From Fimbriosthenelais zetlandica (Eukaryota): a stretch of 64,000 bases of DNA. The stretch covers positions 26,536,001 to 26,600,000 of the forward strand of contig OZ365112.1 of NCBI GenBank assembly GCA_977030845.1, given 5' to 3'. The notes below the pieces were generated by a model. The model had not been told where the DNA came from and did not search any database. It was given only the letters and a program-made list of their open reading frames with translations. A program made the position numbers and the translations under genes. The first letter of the stretch is position 1. The number at the start of each line of letters is the position of its first letter. Shown here in pieces: positions 24,501 to 35,900 of the stretch.

Positions 24501-27500
24501 CAACTGTGTGACCGATACCGACTGTTCTGATGCTGTCAACTCCAGCCTTTGTGACAGTGGGTTCTGCGCCTGCCAAGATGGTTACATTGACATTGGTGAC
24601 AATACTCACTGTAGAATAAGTGAGTATGTAAGCGAGAAGGGACAATGCTCATAAAAGGCCATGTTTTGCAACCTTTAACAGTACGTAAAATGAAATAATT
24701 ACTTGGGATATATAAATAAAACATGTTTCATTTGTTCTAAAGAAATTATAGGAGATCCCTGTACTGAGATGATTGATTGCCAAGCCACCCTGAACAATAG
24801 TGAATGCTTACTGAATATCTGCAATTGTGTATCTGGATACTATACCTCCACAGACGACACATACTGTGTCCAACGTAAGATACTTTATATCTTCATCAAA
24901 GTAAAGATTTTGGGCCTTCAATTACAAAAGAAGAGAGGAAAGTTTGGCCAAGTGCCCTATGCTATCCGGCCATCTCTCCAGTCAATATAGGTATTGTTAC
25001 ATTGTCGACTACGGTATAATAACCGATACGGTCTAAGTGTTTAGAAATACAGTATATTATAGTTGTTCACAAATACATTATAGGCGTTATTGGTGATCCA
25101 TGTGCCCTGACCAGTGACTGTGCTTCAGTAGTCAATAATAGCATCTGTGAAACTGATCAGTGTAATTGTGAGCTTGGATATCACAGCCTCGATTCCGGCT
25201 TTACATGCATCCTACGTAAGTCTCATTATTTTACTCAAATAAGAAATTATATAAAGGAGCTGGAATAAAAGGAACTTCAGCAAAACACAGACCAAAAGTC
25301 TGAGAGCATAGTACTAGAACATGTAGGACACGATTCAAGTTTCAAAAGACTACAGATAATGATTAATCAAATAAAGTCAATGACGTTAAAGACATTGTAT
25401 TGAACTGCAGGGGAAATTGGTGACAACTGTGCAATAGATGTTGATTGTTCAACGTCAGTAGTGAATACCATTTGCGCTGAAGGAGTCTGTGAGTGTGAGG
25501 TGGGCTACTTCCCGAACATGACAATATGCGAGAGACGTGAGTTTAGTTCAAAAGTACTTCACGTTAGATAAGAGAGGATTTTTCGCAAATATTAATGGAT
25601 TAATAATGCAAATCCTTTTCCTCTATATGTGCAGGTCGCATAGCAGATGACTGCATCATAGACCTTCAATGTTCAGCATCCGTCAGCAACAGTTTCTGTG
25701 AAGAACAGAAGTGTGCTTGCTCACCAAGTTACTACTCAAGTCTAGATGGCTTTGTTTGCATAGAAGGTATACAGTTTAGCTTGTTCAGTAGCCTCATTGA
25801 ATCAGGATATCATGGAAAGACAAGTACCGTTATGCCTTTATGAACTAGCCATTAGCTAGGTATATAATCCACTGTTCTGTTTTCATTACTTTACAGTTCG
25901 TATTGGTGCTGTGTGCGCGGTTGATGAAGACTGCACATTTACCATCGATGACTCTTTTTGTTACAACAATGCCTGCTTATGTCAGAGTGGTTATTATCCA
26001 ACTGACGATGACACCTTTTGCATGCCATGTATGTACATTTGTAAAAGCTGTTATGCTGAATCTGGGACTTAAAAGTATAATAAAGTAAAGATCCCAGAGG
26101 CCTGTACTTTTGCTCTGTTTCAGGGAGGCTTGGAGAGAGCTGCAATAATGACAGCAACTGCTACTCCGCCGTGCAAAACAGCTTCTGCATCGATACAATT
26201 TGTCAATGTGCGGAAGGTTTTTACGGTTCCCAAGACCAGTCCTTTTGCTTGAGAAGTAAGCCAACAATTTGGTAACTCTACTGACAAAATCGAAAAGTAT
26301 TTCGAAAGCATTCCACTTGAGAATGCAAACGTTTCAATATTATTACAACAGGGAGATGGAAAAGGGTCAAAATCACAACTTATATTTTTCTTCTAGACCT
26401 CGTTGAGGATGAGTGTGAGGATTCTAGTCAGTGCCTGAGTGTCATTGAGAACAGCTTCTGTGATAACATCACCAACTCATGTCAATGTTTGCTGAGCTAT
26501 GTGCCAAGTGACGATAGGACCAGCTGCGTCAAAAGTAACGAAGCCAAACCTACATCCTAAATCCAAACATTTATATTAAAAAGAAAAAAGAAGAGAAAAG
26601 GAGAAATACAAATATCCTCAAGACAGTGATATTTTCATTTCAGGGCAGATCAATACTCCGTGTCTTGAAGACCAGGACTGCCTTCCATCCATACCTTGGT
26701 CTGTATGTTATCAGGGTACCTGTCAATGTTCTGTGGGTTATTATGCTTCCCAAGACGAAGCTACGTGCACTCAACGTTAGTATACCCTTTCTTTAGAAGA
26801 AACTTACTAACTTTGTAAGCCAGCAAGCAGTAGCAGTAGACTAACATTTGACCTTCCAAAAGCTATATTGTTAGGCCTCCTTATAGATGATAAAAAAATT
26901 TCCATTTCAGGGAAGCTGAATGATACTTGCAGAATCAGCACGGATTGCTCAGCTGTAATTGCTGACAGCGTTTGCTCCAACAGTTTATGTTCATGTATCA
27001 GTGGTACAAGACCTGGAGCTCAGGGTAATGCCTGCATTCAAAGTAAGTGCAAACATCAATGGATCAATATTATATAAAAGTATATGCAGCAAGGTGATTC
27101 AAATTCTAGCTTAGAACTGCCCTTATGATATGAAGACACATATGGGCTTCGATTGCAGTTGTACTTGGGGATGACTGTGATAGTGAACGGGACTGTTCAG
27201 ACTCTGTCATTCAGAGCACCTGTGTAAATGGTCAATGTGTGTGTATTGACGGTTATCGGCAGACGGGGGATGAGGTCACTTGTTTAAGAAGTAAGTATAA
27301 GCTCTCAACAGCTTCTATCCATTCACAAATCTGTCATTTAGAAAACTGCATACTTTATGGACTTTCACTTTCAGATCTTCTTGGGGATAGATGCTTTGGA
27401 GATGAAGATTGCTTTGTACAGAATGCGCATTGTGACCGCTTCAATTGTGGATGTTTTGAAGGGTACTATCCCTCTGATGATCGACTGAATTGCTTCAAAC

Positions 27501-29713
27501 GTAAGTACACATTGATCCTTAGATATATAATGTGACAGATTATATGATCTTGGATGTACTAATGTGATTTTAGATTGATCTTTTTTGGATTGACATTTAG
27601 AACGTTCATTTACAGGTCAGCTGGGGGACTTCTGTTCAGAAGACGAAAACTGTGGCCAGGCAATTGAGAACAGTGAGTGCAGAAGAGGAACATGTGAATG
27701 TTCGTCATTATATTCAAATTCAGGAGATAATCTCCAGTGTTTGGCGAGCAAACCTTTTGACCCCTGCCAGACAGATGCTTTCTGCCAGTTCTCAGTTCCA
27801 AATAGCATCTGTGACGAGGGCTTATGTAGGTGTCCGCTTGGATACGGCTACAATGATACCTTGGCTGATGTTTGTGTCCTGAGAAAACTCAATGATGGCA
27901 TCAAGTGTTTTAGTGACCGCGAATGCACGGATGTCTTCCCAAACAGTTACTGCCGGAGCAGAATCAATTGTGAATGTATACCTGGGTATTACGAGAACAG
28001 CACAAATGATGGGTGTGTACTGAGAGAGCTGGGAGAATTCTGTGTGACTGATGATTACTGTGAAGCGATTGAAAACAGCCACTGCTCCAACTCCCTCTGC
28101 TCCTGCCTCCCAGGCTTCTCCGCCAGACTTGACACTGTCAAATGCCTTCTGAACATCCTGGGTTATGCATGTAGCTCTGATGGAGACTGCGCAGCCATCG
28201 CCAATGGAGAGTGTGGCTCAGACGGTAAATGTGCATGTAAGGATGGATACTTCGAACAAGGAAATCACACATGTATGGGTAGGAGGTTCAATGATACTTG
28301 CCAGTTCCAGACAGACTGTCTAAGCTTGGATTCCTCAATATGTCTGAGTGGGACTTGTCGTTGTCGACCTGGATTCAGGGAGGACTATCTGACCGGGCTT
28401 TGTAATGCTAGTCTGTTAGGAGAGGGGTGTAGGACTGAGCTAGACTGCTTGATTCATACTGATAGCACACGCTGTTTGAATGGCACCTGCCTTTGTAATC
28501 CAGGATATTCAAGGACAGACAACTCCACATGTGGATATGGTAAGCTTGCAAGATATGGATTGCATGGTAACATGGACATTTCAAGAATATAGTCGTAGGA
28601 ACAGAATTTGTACACCGATTTGTTCTGATTATATAGTATTCATAAATGTAATACTCCTAATAGCATGTGTTTTGTGTTTCAGACCTTCCGAATATCCGTC
28701 TGTATGTATCATTCCCTAAGATTATACATAACTTAAAAATAATGAAGATTTTGATAGAAGCTTAAACTGATTTCCATCGACTTCTCCTTATAAATTGTTA
28801 GCTCAATTGTTTTGATCTCAAAACTGCACTTAACACTCCTATTTTCAGTTCCCCGATATTCTACAACTATGGCTGGATTGGTAAGGAATTGTGCGCTGTA
28901 TACCACTTTTTTATGACATGATCCATTTTCTCAGTAATTTTTATCTATGAGTACATTTTTATTTATGAAGTAAACTATGTTCTTATTCCATCATCAGGAA
29001 TACTGGTACTTATTATCTGCCTCACCCTTCTATTTGGCATCATCATTGGTCTCTACATTCCTTATTTCAAGGTAAGAACAAAGTATCAGATAAAGTAGTG
29101 TCTTGGATATTAGGTCAACAAAAGCATTTTCGTTCATGCTTTTCAACCAAAGCTTTCGCTCAATACATTGCAGAAACATTGCTACAAACTGAAGAAAAGA
29201 AAGATAAAGGGTAAAAAAGCCATCAAGAGGATGGATTCTGCTCGTATCGCTCCAATACTTCAAGGAAAGACATCCCTGAATGGCCTCCCACCACCATTCA
29301 AATCCCAACTGAGCAACAAGAAGAACAAATTAGGAAGTATCTACCGATCAGAGAGTCGAAGACCCATCACTTTCAATGAGAATGGAGAACTATACATGAA
29401 AGGAGAAGACTACCGAACAGATTCACCCAGTATGACTGGGAGAAGCACACCCTTCAGATCAGTGGAGATACCAACTCGCCCTGGTACTCCCCTCGATACC
29501 AATGGACGACCCATGACGCCATCTTTTGGGCTTTTCCTGCAGGAATCTGAACTGGATGAATCACTGGAAGTACCGGAAGGAGGGGAGTTCCTCAATAGGG
29601 GACAGCAGGAAACCGTTAATGAATTGAACATTTTAGAAACGGATGGCTTCCGGCACCCACCAATCTTAACCATTAACCAGATACCTCCGACTGCTGAGGT
29701 TTATAGACTTTAA
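21506..29713 (+). CDS. Gene E: large type I membrane protein, signal peptide, 2 LDLa-like, 27 EB-like, TM, ~180-aa tail (1515 aa)
   Basis: 28 exons: 21506-21575, 21715-21828, 22009-22128 (GC donor), 22238-22390, 22621-22752, 22857-22982, 23089-23220, 23442-23579, 23695-23826, 23981-24112, 24203-24334, 24488-24619, 24743-24874, 25084-25215, 25411-25536, 25635-25766, 25897-26028, 26124-26255, 26397-26534, 26644-26775, 26911-27042, 27159-27290, 27375-27500, 27616-28539 (7 modules), 28683-28701, 28849-28880, 28998-29071 (TM), 29174-29713. Total 4548 nt, open to TAA. Confidence 0.87.
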
Positions 29714-31604
29714 GTAACAGATTGGACAGACTGGTCTTAGGAAAGTTTTACAGCGATCAAATGTTTCCGTTCATTAAGCTGGGGTGCTTTTTCTTGACTT
29801 GAAACCAGCAACCATCTAGCATCGTTTTAGTGAGGATTTTGAGCCCTACAACCAGAGCAAACTCATGTGACTTTAAACTATCTAACACTTTTAGATTGGT
29901 TGTGATTAAGGAATCTTGCATGGAAAATGGCAAAATCCAGTATAGTTCAATATGCTGTTCAGTATTAATATAACTATGTACCTCGCCAACAGTATTTTAT
30001 CTAATAATATATTAATTTGTGAGATATACTGATGTTAAATTATAGTGGTAGAATATTGATATTATGGTATGGATTGATCTTATTGACATTGGGACAACAT
30101 GACCTTTTAAGGTATATGGCTTTCTAAATGTGTTTCCAATTTGTTTTAATGTGTTCATTTCTATAGTGCGTAGACCACTCGCAAGTCGGCCGAAGACTGA
30201 TCCACGGGGCATAACGTCGAGTCAAATATACCGTTGTCTCTAAAAGTCGAAGAATTTAAATAATTGTAAACAGATGCATCCAGCTTTGAAATGCTACTTC
30301 TACGTTGACGACATTATATTTCAATAAAAGAATACTTTAAAAAAGCTTTTGATCTATTATGCTCACGTATTCTTTAAGATAGCACAGAATGAATAAGTAT
30401 ATGAGATGTAGATCTATCTCTGCTTCATTGGTGAACAATTGCTTCCCATATTTATAAGCTACTGCCTTAATAGACTTAAAGATCTTTTGGGTGTTTATGT
30501 TTAAGTGGTGAACAAAGAACCACTAACCATTAACCACTATTCAACATTAGCCACACTTAGGCAATTCATTGTTCACACTCAAAAGAAGTTACCTCATGCG
30601 TCCCCTGTTGCAAGTATCAATTGCTCCATTTGGCTAGAATGGATACAACGAGGAGAACACTGGAATCTTCAGCTACAATATAATGACAACTACATATAGA
30701 TCACTTCCAGTATATCAAACCTTGGTATAAGGCCATATGATACCATGAATAGAACTCCACTTTGCCACTATAAAATGTAACTTGTCATGCTTAAATTTCA
30801 TCGAAGTTTCGAATCCATGGTCAAACCATTCCAATATGTCTGCCTACCTTTGTAAATTTTATAACACAGACTGCGCTATTCTGTAATATTATTATGAAAA
30901 GCAGAGATGTGCAGCTCACCATCTCCTTGTTGTTTTTGTTTTTGATACAAGCCCCAGGCTATAAAGTGGATCATAGCTTCCCTGACTACATGCAGCTCAG
31001 AGCCACTACAGCCCACCAAGCTCGCCTTGATCCATGTAACTATACATGCTTTAATATTTGGCTGGGGATCAAAAGTCTTTATCTTTATGGTATGAATTTA
31101 ATATATAGACTTAGAGGAAGGTTGGGCTACACACGGCCTATAGGATTGGGATCTTAGTAGTGGTTGGCAGATTGTGCTGTGGGCATTGGTAACTATGCTC
31201 CCAGGAGACTTAGCCAAGTGGTCACCAGGATTGATTGGTAAACTCCAGGCTGACCCATGGACCTAGAGTCTTCTGTTTGCCATGAAGGATAACATTCGTT
31301 TTCTCCGACTCACTTTGTAATGAAGATGAACGATCATGGCAGTTGATACTTTCCCTGAGACGCCACCTTCTAGGATTTCTGAATGTAGCTGATGGAGGCA
31401 AAGAGTTTCTGGTGAGTGGCAAGCAATAACAATTTACTGTTACATTGTTAAATTATATTACATCCATAGTATAGATGTAATTAGCCTTTCCTTTGCAGTA
31501 CACAATATATTCAGTTTGGTTTCACACAATTGCCCAATTAAAGAGAGTAAGATCTCTTATGGGAAACTTTATAATAATATATCAACCCAGCTTGCATGGA
31601 CATC

Positions 31605-31650
31605 CCAATCACTGATTGGTGACAGTGATTATTCTCTTCCTTATATAAAA
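31605..31650 (+). promoter_or_regulatory. Possible gene F promoter: inverted CCAAT pair plus a TATA-like box
   Basis: CCAATC-act-GATTGG at 31605-31619 and TATATAAAA at 31642-31650. A donor-like AG|GTTAGG at 31826 and an acceptor at 32940 precede the signal-peptide exon. Confidence 0.25.
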
Positions 31651-32971
31651 TGAAATCCATGATTCATTATATATTATGTAAGAACATAATTGCAATACCA
31701 AAATTGCTTATGTAGGCCTCAACAGGTCTTAGCCGCAGTTTTATTTGATTAATTAGGAACTGGATTAGTTCCTCCCCGTGAAAAATAGTATGGCATTATT
31801 AGTTTAGTTTGTCAATATATATAAGGTTAGGTGTAAACATCCACAGTGAAATGTGTGGAATACAGAATACAGTACGTGACTTCACACTGTGAACAAAACT
31901 CATATTTGATATTGGTCTCCTGCAAAACCTTCTATCGCAAAGGAAATTCCAATATAATATTAGATTAATGTATTTGATATACCTGAGACATAGTATATAG
32001 GACTAAGTGAACGTTGTTTTTCATTTTCGTGATAGTCATCAGGATATATAAGGAAGGAAGCACATTAGCTCATGAAATAAAGTGATTTCGAAACATAAAT
32101 GAATGTTTGAAAACACCGTTGATAGGCGGACACATGGAATCTTTAATACGCTTAAGTTAATATGTATTCATGAATGGAAGTGAGCTGAGCCTGTAAGCTG
32201 ATTTGATCCTGATCACGATCAAGGCACATATAAATGATTTACTTAGAGGCCGCCCACTGAAGATTTATCTAATATTATGACATATTATTATAACTCGTTG
32301 TGTGTTGAGAAATATGAGCTTTTTCATTCTTCTTTTCCCACAAATTACTGAGGTGTTTGTAGTTAGAAACATTTAAGTGTTCAGCCAAGTTTCTTAGAAT
32401 ATTTTCATTGAGTTCTCTCCCGTTTTTGACATAATAAGGGTCTTATTGGTTGACCTGGTGTTGCTGGGGAACTCGGGCAGTAGCGGGAGATCTCACTTGT
32501 ACTGTATATAATAACAAGTATAGTTCATGCCATATAGGCGCATGTTTTAGGAGCTAAAATTCACTGCCAATTAAGTGTCGAATTTACAATTCATCTTGAC
32601 AATGAATTGTATTGTATTTATCTCGTATGGAGCTATAATAATTCACAAGGTCGCCAAGTTCACGTTCTAAAGGAGTAAGGTACTGGTCATAATCCTGTTA
32701 AGTCTAAAAATCATTTCGATCCAGTGAGTTTTGACCAAGCATGAACGCACTCAGTGCCACCGTCGAAAGCGTGTTACTATTTCCTTCTATGGTTATAGCT
32801 GGTAATTACAGACAAATGTTTTGTATAGAACACTAATAGCTACTGTAGTATGACTGCCTTTTTCGCATGTAAATCATCTGATTATACTCGATCTTCAGAT
32901 AATATAGCATTGATGCTATGACATAATATTGTTCTTCTAGGTATGATACAGGGGTGGCAAGCTAGACAGAC

Positions 32972-35900
32972 ATGATGAGTTTCACTAGCCTCTTTATCCT
33001 GACACTGGCAGCTGTACTGTTTCACAGTAAGTGTTCTATTCTTAACTCACTCTAACTCTATAGCGCTAATTCCATCCTGTACTGCTTCCATGTTATTTTC
33101 TGAGAAATTTCTATTAAATTTTCTAAAATAGTATATTAACATGAGTAAGTATGGTATATTACCATTACAGATGTGGAAGGCGTATGTGATCCTGTCACAG
33201 AATTCACCTGTATATATCAAAATGCATGCATTCCAATAGCTAAGGAAAGAAATGGAGTGAACGACTGTTTCGACAACTCAGATGAAGGTAATGTCCAGTC
33301 AATGTTAAATATATTAATTAATAACGTTATGTAAAGGGTAGGGATATTTAAAATAGTGCTACACTTAAACAATGATATGCTTATTTAAATCAGGAGATTT
33401 TGAATTTTGAAAACACATTCAACAATTGTCCACAACCTGTAGAGTTCAAAAGAAATCAATTTCTCGTCTTTGTTTCAAGTGACCAGCAGTTGTTCGAAGG
33501 GTGGACAGTTTCTCTGTACCAGCGGAACATGTATTCCTATAAGCTACAAGGATGACGGCGACAGGGATTGTGCCGACGGGGCAGACGAACGTAAGATATG
33601 AAACTAAAACCTTGCATTGTTATTTGTTATTCAATATTTGAAGACTATTGTATACATCCTTTCATTCATGTAGCATTCACTCAGAAAATAATAAAAGCAA
33701 TTTCATTTAACACAGAGAAGCTCATAGGAAGCGACTGTGACCACATCCCAAATGGATGCTGTCCATGCAACATGTACGTCAGCAACTCATTCTGTGATGC
33801 TGGGAAATGTAAATGCTCAGACGGTCACTATCCCAGCACCCTTCTCAACGACTGCATTATAAGTAAGTACAATTTCTCCTCAATAATAAACTATTTCACC
33901 AAAAAGTACATTCAGAAGGATCATGATACTAGTATATGCAGAAACATTATGAGTTTGAGCGTTTTGAATTGATAAATATTCAAAGTCTCGGAATGGTAAA
34001 AATGAGTCTTTTTTGCCCCAGATGCATTACAAGACACATTTTAATGGCATATTCTGCAAAATAGAATCTCATGTTCCAAGTGTGCACTAAGCACATATTT
34101 GCATGGCCTGTCCAAAGGCAGAGCAAAAGAAGCTCAAGGGTGGAAAAATCACCTCCTGATCTGTGTAGAGCTCTTAATGAACTGCTGCTCAATCGAAATT
34201 GGTGAACACCATCTCCCAAACTGACCTGACTCCCCACTGGATTAGCTTAATCTGCCATTACTCTACACTATCATCTCTCTTCATTCACCCCACAGGGACT
34301 CTGGGTGACCCTTGCACCAAGGTCGTTGACTGTAGTGCAGCGGTACAGTTCTCAACATGTGACAATAAGAGAGAGTGTTCATGTGCTCTTGGTTACTACC
34401 CAGATTTCAACGAGACATTTTGTACAGCAAGTAAGTATGAAGACTGTCTTAGACATGGAATTTACTCAATCGTCACTGCTTTTCAATAAGTGCCCATCAG
34501 ATATATGATGAAATTGATCGGAAATTGGATAAAAGACCTAACATGGCACATTGATACTTTGAATTATTATAATGAGACCAATAAATAATGTGTACTAACT
34601 TAATCTAATTTTCTTTGGGTAACAACAGGAGTTATAGGAGACAATTGTACCGCAGACAATGAATGTTACGCGGTTATGGAGGGCTCACTGTGCGTGGCTG
34701 GTAAGTGCGAGTGCGGCCCTGACTGGTTTAACCGTCTTGATGGTTCAGGATGCTACCATCGCAACATCGGGGATGCTTGCGACAAAGACAGCAACTGTCT
34801 AGCCGGTATAAACAATGCCTTCTGTGACACCAACAATGTGTGTGCCTGTGTGGCAGGCTGGTTACAGAAAGAAAACACAATGGACACTTGTAGGAGAATG
34901 ATCTTAGGTTCTGACGCCTGTCCGAGCAGTGGTCAGTGCGCCCCTGGCATCCCTAACTCTGAATGTGTTTCCGGGAAGTGCCAATGTGTCGAAACTTACT
35001 ACGAGAACTTAGACAAAACCGCCTGCGTCCTCAGGAAGATCTACGACGCGTGTACTTTAAACCAGCAATGTGGAGGAGTGCCCAATACCATGTGCAGTTC
35101 AGCTCAGGTCTGTCTGTGCCTCAGTGGTTTCCTGCCCACTGTAAGTAAAGTTAACTGTAACCCACTGAGGGTTGGTGATTCCTGTAACACCACGGCACAG
35201 TGTCGCGTTGGTCTTCCCAATAGTCAATGTTTAAATAATATGTGTGAGTGTGTTACTGGGTTCATAACAGACACAGACAAAACCTGCAGAGTCCGATACC
35301 TGGGTATAGACAGTTGTTCTAGTGAAACTGACTGCTCAGGTGGCATCCGCAACAGTAACTGCACCGATGGCACATGTGCCTGTAATGCAAATTACCGGAC
35401 TGCCACTAACTCTATGAGTACTTGTAGTATAATAAGTATAAGCTCCACTTCGTGTTTAACTAATGCTAACTGTTCTAGATTTCCTGATAGTATTTGTAAG
35501 GCAGGGAAATGCGCTTGTCCTGATGGCTACAGGGATGAGACCGTCAAATGCACCAAGCTGTACTTTGGTGGGCCATGTACGGCAGAGGCTCAGTGTACCG
35601 CCGTGGTGCAGAACAGTACCTGTAACGGGACGACCTGTGTCTGTGCCGATCCGAGTCATTTATATATAGAGGTAAGTCACTTTACAATGTTTAAATCATT
35701 GTCAATCTCTTGGGCATAGTCATAAATTTGGTGGAAGAACCCATGAATGTTAAGAATGTTCCTAGTCTTGGCATTATATATGTTGCCATCCTAAATAACA
35801 TTGGTGAAGGAAGGATCACTACTTACATGTCGTAAATACCAAAGACATATTCAAATCTGAAATATTTCCTTCCATGCCTTTCCATGTACCCAGCACCATT

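Noticed and set aside
742-35659. Numerous antisense and alternative-frame ORFs overlapping the mucin, EB and TM exons
   Set aside because: These are shadow ORFs of real exons, with no homology signal or independent gene structure. Many depend on GTG/TTG starts.
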